Source of the DNA: an uncultured Verrucomicrobiae bacterium
GTDB lineage: Bacteria > Verrucomicrobiota > Verrucomicrobiia > Limisphaerales > CAIMTB01
NCBI GenBank assembly: GCA_963841495.1
Contig: CAWJDJ010000011.1
Coordinates: 589,518-653,517 of the forward strand
DNA: 64,000 bases
Reading direction: 5' to 3'
Shown: positions 13,559 through 23,700 of the stretch, in pieces
Position numbering within the stretch: the first letter of the stretch is position 1
Layout: each line of letters begins with the position of its first letter
Made by a program: the position numbers and the translations under genes
Notes under the pieces: generated by a model
The model's input: the letters and a program-made list of their open reading frames with translations, nothing else
What the model was told of the DNA's origin: nothing
Database searches by the model: none

Positions 13559-14332
13559 ATGAGAAGGGACTCATTGTCTCTATTGGTTGGCTTTGCACTC
13601 ACTGCACTCACTGCAGGATCGGCATCGGGACAGGTGTTTTGGGTCAACGAGTTTCACTACGACAACGCAGGTACCGACTCCGGCGAGTTTGTCGAGATCG
13701 CCGCCCCGGCTTCGTTCGCGGACCTGTCGAGCGTCCAATTCACCCTCTACAATGGTGGATCCGGGGATCCCTACGGATCCAGCCATCCCCTCTCCACCTT
13801 CAGCGTGGGAGACACCGTCGCCGGTGTCACTCTGTATTCGAAAGGCATCTCCGGAATCCAAAACGGTCCCGACGGTTTCGCCCTCGAGGTGGGCGGGACC
13901 GTGGTCCAATTCCTCAGCTACGAGGACGTCTTCGGTGCGCAATCCGGTCCCGCGTCCGGCCTGACCTCGGTGGCCATCGGCGTTTCGGAGTCGGAGACCA
14001 CGCCGACCGGCAGTTCCCTGGGCCTCACGGGTGGCGGCGCAGGCCCGGGGGATTTCAACTGGACCTCCTTCGGCACGGCCAGCCCCGGGAGTCTCAATCC
14101 CGGTCAGGTCGTGATCCCGGAGCCTTCCCGGAGCCTCCTCGCCGCGGGTCTTCTCCTGGCCGGCTTCGCCCTGTGGCATCGAAGACCGCGGGCCAGAGTT
14201 CCCGCGGAAGGAAACGGATCGACGACAAACTCGGTGCGCAGCAGCAATCGCCGTGCTCCCGGACGGGCCGGCGCGGCGCGTTTCACATATCCCAACTCAA
14301 CTCAATACAACTCTACCCGATGGAATTCATGA
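13559..14332 (+). CDS. Secreted lamin-tail-domain (LTD)-like protein with PEP-CTERM sorting signal and an atypical 45-aa tail
   Basis: Signal peptide present; FWVNEFHYDNAGTDSGEFVEIAAP matches the LTD motif. VIPEPSRSLLAAGLLLAGFALWHRRPR is a PEP-CTERM signal, but translation continues 45 aa beyond it. Confidence 0.6.
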   Translation: MRRDSLSLLVGFALTALTAGSASGQVFWVNEFHYDNAGTDSGEFVEIAAPASFADLSSVQFTLYNGGSGDPYGSSHPLSTFSVGDTVAGVTLYSKGISGIQNGPDGFALEVGGTVVQFLSYEDVFGAQSGPASGLTSVAIGVSESETTPTGSSLGLTGGGAGPGDFNWTSFGTASPGSLNPGQVVIPEPSRSLLAAGLLLAGFALWHRRPRARVPAEGNGSTTNSVRSSNRRAPGRAGAARFTYPNSTQYNSTRWNS

Positions 14333-14960
14333 GGACAAAATCACCGCCGGTTTTCGGTCTTCTCGCGTTCCTTCTTTCAACCGCCGCGTTCGGTGACTTT
14401 TGGATCAACGAGTTTCACTATGACAACGCGGGTCCCGATACCGGTGAATTCGTGGAAGTCGCCGCACCTTCCGAATTCACGGAGCTCGGACACCTCTCGC
14501 TCACGCTCTACAATGGGGGCGATGGAATGACTTACGGAACAACTCACTCCCTGGATAGCTTCTCCCAGGGTCAATCGGAAGGGGGAGTGACATTGTACTG
14601 GAAGGAGATCAGTGCGCTTCAGAATGGCGCCCCCGACGGGTTCTCCCTCGATTCCGCGGGTGAGGTCCTGGACTTCATCAGCTACGAGGGCGCCTTTACG
14701 GCGAACAACGGCCCCGCCGCCGGACGGACCTCCAGAGATGTCGGGGTCGCGGAAGGGGACTCCACGGCGCCCGGGGAGGCGGTCGGTCTCTCAGGAGTCG
14801 GGACACCGGAGGGTCGGGGCTTCACCTGGACCGCCATCGGGGAGGCCACGCCGGGCGGATGGAATTCGGGGCAGACCGTCGTCCCGGAACCGGGGTCGGC
14901 TCGTCTGCTGGTCCTTTGCGGCGCCATTGCCTGGCGGATGGGCCGTCGAGGCCGACGAAA
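14329..14960 (+). CDS. Second LTD-like PEP-CTERM paralog (3' end undefined; no in-frame stop until 15858)
   Basis: ATGA overlap with the previous stop. MRTKSPPVFGLLAFLLSTAAFG signal, FWINEFHYDNAGPDTGEFVEVAAP, then VVPEPGSARLLVLCGAIAWRMGRRGRRK. The frame stays open antisense through the convergent permease gene. Confidence 0.5.
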
Positions 14961-14964
14961 AGGA

Positions 14965-16164
14965 TCAGGTCTCGCGAAGACCCGATGCGATCGGGAGGCG
15001 GGCCGAGCGAATGGCGGGGAAGAGGCCGCCGACCAGCCCGATGAGCAGCGCGCAACCCAGGGCGCGACCCAGGAGGGGCGGCGTCACCGCGAACGAGAAG
15101 GCCACCTGGCTGAACGTCTGCCAATTGATCGTGGCGGCGCGAAATCCATTGAACGACCCATACGCCACCGCACCCCCGACCGCACCCCCGGCGACCGCCA
15201 GCAGGAGGGATTCGAGGAGGAGAGACACCACCACCGGCCCCGCCCCGAAACCCAGGGCCCTAAGGGTTGCGATCTCGCGGGTTCGTGCCGAGACGGCGCT
15301 GTACATCGTATTGAGGGCGCCAAAGGTCGCCCCAAGCCCCATCAGGGTGGCGATGAAGATGCCAATGCGCCGGATGAAAGTCGTGATCATCGTCGATTGA
15401 TCGGCATAGAATTCCGATTGCCGGACGACCTTCACGTTCAGACGGGGATTCGATGTCAGGGCGTCCTTGAACTCCTGGAACGCCGTCGCCGAGGTGAGTC
15501 GCGCGTAGACGCTCTGAAAATTGTCGCCCCGCCGATAGGCGGGCTGAAGGACGCCGGCGTCTGCCCAGATCTCGGATTCGGCAATTCCGCCGCCATCGGA
15601 GAAGCGCCCGACGACCTCCCATTGATTGCGGCCGACCTCGAACGTGTGGCCGACGTCGAGTCCGGCGAATTCGAGGGCGGCCCCCGTCCCCACGATGACC
15701 TCGTTGCGCCCGGGCTCGAACCGGCGGCCTTCGACGATTTGGAAATGGTCGCGGACAAGGAAGGCGGCCGGTTCGACGCCTCGCAGCGGGACGTTGACAT
15801 CGGTCCCGGTGGAACGCTTGGGCAGGTTGATGACCACGAAGAGCTCGGCCGAGGTTAGCGGCGTGCCGTTGGTTCGAGCCACGCCCGGGGCGTCGCTGAT
15901 AAGGCGCGTGTCCTCCCGGCTGAGGCCGCTGGTCATCTCGGAGTCCGCACCGGACCTGAGAACGACGGCGGTATCGGGTGTGCCCGTCACCGTCATCGCC
16001 TGGCGAAAACCCTCGGCAATGGACAGGACCCCGATGAAGACGCCGACGACGCCGGCAATGCCAACGGCCGCGGCGAACGCGGCACCCTTGCGCGCGGGAA
16101 GGGTCCGGATATTGAAGACGGTGACGGAGGCCACCTGCGAGAGCCAGTTGCCGAAGGGAGCCAT
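14965..16164 (-). CDS. ABC transporter permease, FtsX/MacB-like (second permease)
   Basis: 399 aa with N-terminal TM, MacB_PCD-like periplasmic domain and C-terminal FtsX TM bundle. Confidence 0.75.
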   Translation of the reverse strand: MAPFGNWLSQVASVTVFNIRTLPARKGAAFAAAVGIAGVVGVFIGVLSIAEGFRQAMTVTGTPDTAVVLRSGADSEMTSGLSREDTRLISDAPGVARTNGTPLTSAELFVVINLPKRSTGTDVNVPLRGVEPAAFLVRDHFQIVEGRRFEPGRNEVIVGTGAALEFAGLDVGHTFEVGRNQWEVVGRFSDGGGIAESEIWADAGVLQPAYRRGDNFQSVYARLTSATAFQEFKDALTSNPRLNVKVVRQSEFYADQSTMITTFIRRIGIFIATLMGLGATFGALNTMYSAVSARTREIATLRALGFGAGPVVVSLLLESLLLAVAGGAVGGAVAYGSFNGFRAATINWQTFSQVAFSFAVTPPLLGRALGCALLIGLVGGLFPAIRSARLPIASGLRET

Positions 16165-16166
16165 GG

Positions 16167-17324
16167 TCAGGCCCCCCTCCGAAGGGCGTCAGCGATGCGC
16201 AGGGTCATCGCCTGGAGCGCCGGCAGAATGCCGGCCACCAGGCCAAGGGCGATCACCAGGACGGCGCCCCAAATCAGGTCATCGGCAGGCAGGTAGAACA
16301 ACGGGAGGAGACTGGGGACCGGGCTGCCGCCGGCGGTGACCAGCCACGCCAGGCCGAGCCCCAGGAATCCGCCGGCACCGGCGATGATGCAGGATTCAGC
16401 CAGGAGGAGGACCAGGACAAGCGAATTGGAAAACCCCATGGCCTTGAGCACGCCGATCTCTTCGGTGCGTTCACGGACCGCCTGGGCCATCGTGTTCCCT
16501 GCCACCAGCAAAATGGTGAAGAACACCGCGCTGAGGATGGCAAGACTGATTGTCGCGAGGTCGCCGATCTGCTGGGCAAAGGCCTTGGCGAAGGCGCCTT
16601 CGGGTTCCGTCTTGGTCTCGGCCGGTGAATTGGCGAACTCCGCGTCGATGCGTCGGGCGACGTCCTCCGCATGCGCGGGGTCCTTCACGCGGACGACATA
16701 CCATCCAACCTCCCCCTTGCCGCGCAAACGGGCCTCGTCGAAGTAATCGTATCGGAAGTACATCCCGGTCGTGTCCGTCGCCTTTTTCGTGCCGTCGAAG
16801 ATCCCGACGATATCGAATTCCCAGGCGGGATTTCCGCCCTCTCGGGGCCAGATGGGCGACGTCAGGGGGACCCGGTCGCCGATCTTGAAGTGGAATCGGT
16901 TGGCCGTGGTTCGGCCTATGATCGCGCCCGTGCGCGTGCGGAGCCATGCCTCTCTTTCTTTGGCGGACAGGACGAACTCCGGATACATGGCCAGGAACGC
17001 CTCCGGATCCACCGGCACGCTGGGAAAGAAGTTCTTCGGATCCTGGTAGATGCCGCCAAACCATGTCTGGTAGCTGACGAGGTTGATTCCGGGGATGGCG
17101 GCGATGCGCGCCCGGTAGCTCTCGGGCAGCGTTTGGATGATCGACACCTTGTGACGCACGACGAGGCGGTCAACCCCCGCGACGCTGACACCGGCGGTCA
17201 GGGCCTCCTTGATGGCGCAGAGGAAGCCGTAAAGCATGAATGCCACCAGGATCGAGAGAAGGGTCAGGATGGTGCGAAGCTTCTTTCGCTTCAGATTGCC
17301 CCAGACCAGATGCAAAAACTTCAT
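16167..17324 (-). CDS. ABC transporter permease, FtsX/MacB-like (first permease)
   Basis: 385 aa; [29 protein letters not shown]...; FtsX C-terminal domain. Confidence 0.75.
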   Translation of the reverse strand: MKFLHLVWGNLKRKKLRTILTLLSILVAFMLYGFLCAIKEALTAGVSVAGVDRLVVRHKVSIIQTLPESYRARIAAIPGINLVSYQTWFGGIYQDPKNFFPSVPVDPEAFLAMYPEFVLSAKEREAWLRTRTGAIIGRTTANRFHFKIGDRVPLTSPIWPREGGNPAWEFDIVGIFDGTKKATDTTGMYFRYDYFDEARLRGKGEVGWYVVRVKDPAHAEDVARRIDAEFANSPAETKTEPEGAFAKAFAQQIGDLATISLAILSAVFFTILLVAGNTMAQAVRERTEEIGVLKAMGFSNSLVLVLLLAESCIIAGAGGFLGLGLAWLVTAGGSPVPSLLPLFYLPADDLIWGAVLVIALGLVAGILPALQAMTLRIADALRRGA

Positions 17325-18019
17325 TCCGGTCGCTCCGAAAAGAGTTGGCCCTTGTTGAGGTAGACGGTCCGAGAGGCACGGGCGGAGGCGTGCGGATCGT
17401 GCGTCACCATGATGATGGTCTTCCCGTGTTCCCGGTTGAGGGCCTGCAGCAGGCTCAGGATCTCGTCGCCCGCCTTCCGATCGAGGTCGCCGGTCGGCTC
17501 GTCGCAGAGCAGCAGCGTCGGGTCCGTGACGATCGCCCGCGCAATGCCAACCCGCTGTTGTTCGCCGCCCGACATCTGCCGGGGAAGGTGACGGGTCCGG
17601 TGCAGGAGACCGACGACCTTGAGGGCGGCCTCGACGTGCCGGCGTCGGTCCGCCTTGCCGAGGTGCGTGAGGAGAAGGGGCAGTTCGACATTGCGCTCGG
17701 CCGTCAGCACCGGGAGCAGATTGTAGAACTGAAACACCAGGCCGACATGCCGCGCCCGCCAGGCCGCGAGCGCGCGGTCCCCCAATCGGTCGATTTGTTG
17801 TCCACCGATTTCCACGGTGCCCGTGCTCGGCCGGTCCAGTCCTCCAATGAGATTCAGGAGCGTCGATTTCCCGGAACCGGAAGGTCCCATCAACGCGAGG
17901 AATTGTCCGCTGGGGACCTCGAGACTCAGACCCTTGAGAACATGGATCTCCTCGGAACCGCGGCGGAACACCTTGTCCACCTCGTGGACACGCACAAGAA
18001 CCCCGTTGCTTTCGCTCAT
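17321..18019 (-). CDS. ABC transporter ATP-binding protein (MacB/LolD-type)
   Basis: Walker [10 protein letters not shown], signature [14 protein letters not shown], Walker [13 protein letters not shown]. Confidence 0.85.
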   Translation of the reverse strand: MSESNGVLVRVHEVDKVFRRGSEEIHVLKGLSLEVPSGQFLALMGPSGSGKSTLLNLIGGLDRPSTGTVEIGGQQIDRLGDRALAAWRARHVGLVFQFYNLLPVLTAERNVELPLLLTHLGKADRRRHVEAALKVVGLLHRTRHLPRQMSGGEQQRVGIARAIVTDPTLLLCDEPTGDLDRKAGDEILSLLQALNREHGKTIIMVTHDPHASARASRTVYLNKGQLFSERPE

Positions 18020-19236
18020 GGTCTTTGTTCGAGAACGGTCATCCCTTCCGAAAGGCGCACCGGACTCTCCACCACCACCGATTCGCCCGGCTTCAATCCC
18101 GCGGTGACGGCAATGGAATCGTCACGGACGGCGCCCGTCCCGATGGCGCGCCTTTCGACGCGCCCGTCCCGGACCAGCCAGACCATGTCCCGCCCGCCGT
18201 CCTGCTGAACGGCGGCCTTGGGTATCCAGACCTCGCGCGCGGCGGACGTCGCCGCTGCCGGTTCGCCCTGGAAGGCGACCTTGACCCCCATCTCCGGCAG
18301 AATGCGCGGGTCGAGTTGATCGAAACCAACCCGAACCTTGACAGTGGCCTTCTGTCGGTCGGCGGACGGGATGATCGCGATCACCTTGCCGGGGATCCGC
18401 CAGTCGGGATAGGCGTCGAGGGTGGCCACCATCCGTTGTCCGGGTTCGACCCGGTTGATGTAGCTTTCGCTGACGTCGACCTCGATCTCGAGCGAACTCA
18501 TGTCCACAATCGTGCAAATGCCGGTGCGGGTGAATCCCCCCGATGACATCGGCGAGATCATCTCTCCGGGTTGGGCGTTCTTCGCCGTCACAACCCCGGC
18601 GAAGGGCGCCCGGACGATGGTATCTTCGAGTTGCTGGTTCCATACCGCGACCTCCCGGTCGGCGACGGCGACGTCGGCCGTCTGTTTCGCCAACCGGGCA
18701 CGCAGCGAGCGAACGTCCGCATCGGCCCGGTCGAGGTCGGCTTGTGCGGCAATTTGACTGCGGGCGAGGTCGGAGACGCGTTTCCATTCGCGCTCGGCCT
18801 CTTCGAGGTTGACACGTGTTTCCTCCAGATCGGCATAGGCCGCCGCGCGCTGGGACTCGGCCAGGCGCAGACTCGCCTGGACATTCCGGTCATCCAGTCG
18901 CGCGAGGACCTGTCCCTCCTCGACCCGGGATCCTTCTTCCACCAGCACTTCGACCACCTTCCCGGTGACCTTCGAGGAAACGGTTGCCTCCCTGCGGGGA
19001 GTCACGTAGCCGGAGGCGTTCAGCAGCGTCGTTTGGCCCGCCACGCCGCGGTTTGCCGTTTCCTGGACAGCGACCGTCCGGACCGTCGGCGGTTGCCGCC
19101 GGGTAAACCACCACGCAGCCCCTGGTGCCAACGTCCCCATCAACACCACGACAAACCACAGCCCGCTCCGGCCTTTGCGGGGCACGGTCGGACGCGCGAT
19201 CCGCAACTCGTCAAGCGTGGATTTGTCCGCAGGCAT
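18016..19236 (-). CDS. Efflux periplasmic adaptor (HlyD/MacA membrane-fusion family)
   Basis: ATG verified at 19236 (MPADKSTLDEL). TM anchor, long coiled-coil, beta-barrel/lipoyl-like regions. Overlaps the downstream ATPase by 4 nt. Confidence 0.75.
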   Translation of the reverse strand: MPADKSTLDELRIARPTVPRKGRSGLWFVVVLMGTLAPGAAWWFTRRQPPTVRTVAVQETANRGVAGQTTLLNASGYVTPRREATVSSKVTGKVVEVLVEEGSRVEEGQVLARLDDRNVQASLRLAESQRAAAYADLEETRVNLEEAEREWKRVSDLARSQIAAQADLDRADADVRSLRARLAKQTADVAVADREVAVWNQQLEDTIVRAPFAGVVTAKNAQPGEMISPMSSGGFTRTGICTIVDMSSLEIEVDVSESYINRVEPGQRMVATLDAYPDWRIPGKVIAIIPSADRQKATVKVRVGFDQLDPRILPEMGVKVAFQGEPAAATSAAREVWIPKAAVQQDGGRDMVWLVRDGRVERRAIGTGAVRDDSIAVTAGLKPGESVVVESPVRLSEGMTVLEQRP

Positions 19237-19692
19237 CTTGCAAGGACGGAGCAAACCAGTTCTCACGCAGCGGTCAAGCGGAGGGAGAACACGACGTGTG
19301 CGGGGCTGAAGGGTCAGCGTCCGACCGCTCAGCCGACCGAGGTAGCGATCGGCTTGTGGGGGAAGTTGCCGATCAATGGCGTCATTCTGACCAAGACGAT
19401 GCGCGACGATGATCCGCAGGACCTGGAGGACATCGCGTTCCTCATCCGCGACGATCGCGTCCCGTCTGCCGACATGGAAGGCGCTTTCATCGCGGTCGGG
19501 TTCTTGGTAGGTGCGGGTCGGTCGTTTTAGGCACCGCGACCCCCGATGGACTCGACGCTTCGGCAGTCGCCATGAGGGTCATTTCTGTCTGCACATCGTT
19601 ACGATTCCCCCCGTCTCGACTGCAACTTCATTCGCTTCGATTAACCGTGACGCGAGCCCTTCAGTCCGCTGTGTTCGCGTCGGCGAGATCGC

Positions 19693-20538
19693 TCAATCCG
19701 GCAAAGGCGTCCAACCCTCGTACTTGTATCGTCTCAGGACCCACCGGAAGTCCGGGTTCGCGAGGTCGCCACCTGGCCAGTAAAACGACTGGATGCCTTG
19801 CGACGACGTTTCCGCGGCGTGGAGTGTCTGAGGGTCCTTCCAGTGTCGCGCTTCAACGTGGCCATCAACGAAACTGAAGGTGCCGCCGCGATCGTGGTTG
19901 ATAGCGACCGGATCCACCCACCCAGTCGGCGAGACATTCAGGACCCACGTGCCCATGTTGTATCCCCGTGGGTCGGGTTCTTCGACGAAGACCATCGCGA
20001 AGGCCGGTTCGGGCACCGCTGCGATGGCGCGGAGCGGCGGCTTGCCCGACCAAGTCACCCCATTCATGCCAGCGGCTTTCGAATAGCTGTCATAAGCCCA
20101 CCCCGTCCCCGGTTCGTTGAGCTTGGAACGCAGATCGTCGGGACAGTGGTACACCTCCGCATTCGGGAGATAGGTCCAAAGGGATCCGAGGCGAAGCCCC
20201 GCCTGCACGCGTCGCGCCGCCTCGTCCTTCGAGATTCCGGCGGACAAGGCTGGCTGCGGTCCTGGCCAAAAGCCGCCGGCAAAGTCCGAACTTTCCGACG
20301 GCAGAATGGTACCGTTGTGGTCCTCGGCATAGGCATGGAAGGCTGCCATCAGCTGCCGCTGATTCTCGAGGCATCGAACTCCGGCACCTCGATCGTGTCC
20401 CGCCGCCCTGGGCACGCAGAGGAGGGCAAGGATAGCCACTGCAAGTCCGATACATGCCGCCTCGATGAGGCTGAACCCCGCCTCGGTCGAGGCCCCGGGC
20501 CTCCGGTTTTGTCGGAAATCATGGTCGAGACAGGTCAT
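19693..20538 (-). CDS. DUF1559 prepilin-type N-terminal cleavage/methylation domain protein
   Basis: GFSLIEAACIGLAVAILALL class-III signal. C-terminal HxxGGTFSFVDGHV is an H-X9-DG-type motif. ATG verified at 20538. Confidence 0.65.
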   Translation of the reverse strand: MTCLDHDFRQNRRPGASTEAGFSLIEAACIGLAVAILALLCVPRAAGHDRGAGVRCLENQRQLMAAFHAYAEDHNGTILPSESSDFAGGFWPGPQPALSAGISKDEAARRVQAGLRLGSLWTYLPNAEVYHCPDDLRSKLNEPGTGWAYDSYSKAAGMNGVTWSGKPPLRAIAAVPEPAFAMVFVEEPDPRGYNMGTWVLNVSPTGWVDPVAINHDRGGTFSFVDGHVEARHWKDPQTLHAAETSSQGIQSFYWPGGDLANPDFRWVLRRYKYEGWTPLPD

Positions 20539-20732
20539 CACGTCAGGTACTGAATTGTGCGTTCGTTCGCTCCCGACACTGGATTGCCCGCCGAAGTTGG
20601 CAAGCGCACGCTGGCGCCAGGGTGCGCACTCACCCAACCGAGCTCGGCCATCGGCTGATTCTTGAATAGGGCCAACCCTCCGGTGGATGATCCGCCACCG
20701 CGATGGTGAGCCGGGGCCAGAAAGCAGGACCA

Positions 20733-23700
20733 ATGTTCAGCAGCCTTTCACGGCTGGTGTTCGCGGCCATCTTGCTCAGCTGCGGCTGGTGGGACGCCGC
20801 GTCGATGGGCGCATCCGCCCCAGTGGCGATCGCACCGGGAGGTGTCCGACCGCGGACACGCGAGATCCTGGGCAATTCCTTTGCCCCTCGCATCAGCAAC
20901 GACGGTCGCTACGTCGTCTTTCTCTCGGATGCCAATCACTTGGCTCCAAGCGACTCCAATCAATCGGCGGACGTTTTCTTGAAGGACCGCAGCACCGGTC
21001 AATTGCGCCTCATCAGCGTCAGCCTCAATGGGACTGCCACCGGCGACGGTTTGTCATTCAACCCGCAAATCAGTGGAGATGGGCGCTTCGTCCTTTTTGA
21101 GAGCCGGTCTGTGAACCTGGTCCCAAACGACACCAACAATTCGGCAGATGTTTTCCTTCGGGATGTGCAATCCAATCGCACCTATTTCGTCTCTCACCGG
21201 CGCGACGGCGTGACGAGCGGAAATGGCGAATCCCGGAATGCGGTCCTCAGTGGCGACGGGCAATTCGTGGTGTTCGAGAGTCTGGCGGACAATCTCACGG
21301 ATGTGGTGGACACCAATGGGACCTATGACGTCTTCCTGTACGATCACCTGACCGGTTCTTCTCACTTGGTGAGCGTGAACCTCGAAGGCACTGCGGCCGC
21401 CAATGCTGAGTCGAGTTCACCGCGGGCGTCGATCGATGGTCATTACGTCGTTTTCGAGACGCAAGCCACCAACGCCACGTCGATCGACACAAACGCCGGT
21501 TGGGACATTGTAATCCACGACACGATCGAGCGCACCAATCTGCTCGTTTCAGTCGGGGAGAATGGCGCCGGGAGTGGACTCACCCCCTCGCTCAATCCGG
21601 CGATCAGCGCAGATGGGAGGCTGGTTGCCTTCACCAGCAGCGCCTCGAATCTGGCGCCGGGCGTTGACCGTAACTCCGTGTTCCTGCGCGACCTGGAACA
21701 ACAGATCACACATATTGCCAGCCTCCGCCACGATGGTGTCGGCCAACACTTGTGGGACGAGCCGCCAGCCATGACGTTGGATGACCGCTTCCTCCTCTAC
21801 GCGAGTATCACGAACATCTACCTCTTCGATGGAGCCAGCAACGACGTCGAATTGGTCAGCATCGGCCACGACGGCGTCTCGAGTGCTAACGGAGTTTGTC
21901 GAGATCCCCACCTCAGTCGTGATGGCCGTTTCGTCGCGTTCCTCAGTTCGGCGTCCAACCTGGTCGTGGAGACTGTGAATGGAGATTTCCAGGTCTATCT
22001 CCGCGATCGGCAATCCGGAACGACCCGGCTTGCCTCGCGCGGACTGGATGGAACGGGTTCCGGCGATTGCGCAGCCATCGACATGACACCAGACGCACGT
22101 TGGATCGTATTTGAGTCGCGATCCGACCAACTGATGGCGAACGACCAGAACCACGCGAGCGACGTCTTTCTTTATGACGCGGTGACCGATGTCGTAGAGC
22201 GGGTTTCGACCGGACATGGGCTGACACAACCCGGCGTTGTCGGCGGATGGCCGCTTCTGGGTGCTCAACCCCTCAGCGAGAACGGTCGCTTCCTCGTGCA
22301 CGCCTTGTTTCCGGAAGGCGATGAGACCGACGCTGCGGCCATCCAGGCAATGGCCCATCTCAGTGATCTTGTCACCGCCCGCAATGAAGCGATCAACGTC
22401 AACACGAACGGGATTCCCTCGATTGGCGGCGTGCTTGGTGGCATCGCCATCAGCCCGGACGGGCGTTACGCCGCGTTCGCCAGCCAGGCGACTGACCTGG
22501 TGGCTGGCGTGAGTGGCGAATTCGCAAACCTCTATGTCCGGGATCTGATCTCTCGTATCACCTATCGGGTGCCCCACTCCGAGCGGAGCACCGTCGGCAA
22601 TGCCACCTATCGCTACGCCTTCTATTTCGCGGGAGGCGGTCGTTACTTGGTCCACGAGAATACCGACGTCATCGATTCGACCCGAATTTCCCAGATCTAC
22701 GTATTTGACACGCAAGCCACGACCAACCTTCTCGTCTCGGCGAGTCACGGCGGCACCGGTCCTGCCCGAGGTCATTCGTATGTCCTGGGGAGTTCGCCTG
22801 ACAGCACTCGTATCGTGTTTCTGACCCGAGCCACAAATCTGGATAGTTCAGGCCAAAGCGGCTATTTCGTTCACGACCTTCAGGCACGTTCCACGCGCCG
22901 GATCACAAGCCTTCCTTCCATAAGTCGCCCGAATGCCGTAACTGCTGCTGATACTGACCGGGTTGGATTCAGCGCAGATGGTCGGTTCTTCGCATTGGCG
23001 CGGGACGAAGCCCAAGGCCAACTCCTCGAGCGCATCGACCTGGGAGACGACACGATTCTCACCATCTCGCGCCAGGCCTTCCGGCCGAGTTTGAGTGAAG
23101 ACGGGAACCGGATCGCCTACGAGTCGCACGAGACCGGGATTCCTCAAATATGGGTTTGGGACGGGCCAATTGGAACGGTCAAGCTGGTGAGTCGCGGCGC
23201 GGCGACAACAGAAGGTGGTAACGGGCCTTCAACATACCCCCTGCTGACTCCAGATGGAGGCCGCATCCTGTTCCGAAGTCGCGCCACCGATCTGGGATCC
23301 GTGCCAACTGCCAACGTGGATAACCTCTTCATGCACGACCTGGAACGGGGATCAACTGTCCTGCTGACGGCTGCGTCAGACAGTCTCGGATCCGGGAACG
23401 GACTCTCCGGCAGGCCGATCCTCAGCGCGGATGGTTGGACGCTGGTGTTTGAGACCTTCGCCGACAACCTGATTCCCGGCGATGTCAACCAGACCAAAGA
23501 TATCCTGGCGGTTCGCCTCCAAGATATGGACTCGGATGGTGACGGTTTGGAGGATGAGTGGGAACTCGCCTACTTTGGTGATCTTTTATCCGACGGCTCC
23601 GGCGACCGCGACGGCGACGGCATCTCGGATCTTTCCGAATTCATCGCAGGCACAAATCCAACCGACGGTGGCCAATATCTCCGTGTCTTTGCCACACGAT

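Noticed and set aside
13639-15858. 739-aa plus-strand ORF
   Set aside because: An artefactual fusion. Its first part is out of frame with LTD gene 1, the middle is the second LTD/PEP-CTERM gene, and the remainder is antisense to the FtsX permease. Only the 14329-14960 portion is called, as the second LTD/PEP-CTERM paralog (see features).
19300-19530. Peptide-like stretch ...INGVILTKTMRDDDPQDLEDIAFLIRDDRVPSADMEGAF in the MFP-prepilin intergenic region
   Set aside because: Reads like a real protein fragment (possible toxin/antitoxin remnant), but it has no start context, no identifiable family, and is continuous with an antisense ORF. Insufficient support to call.
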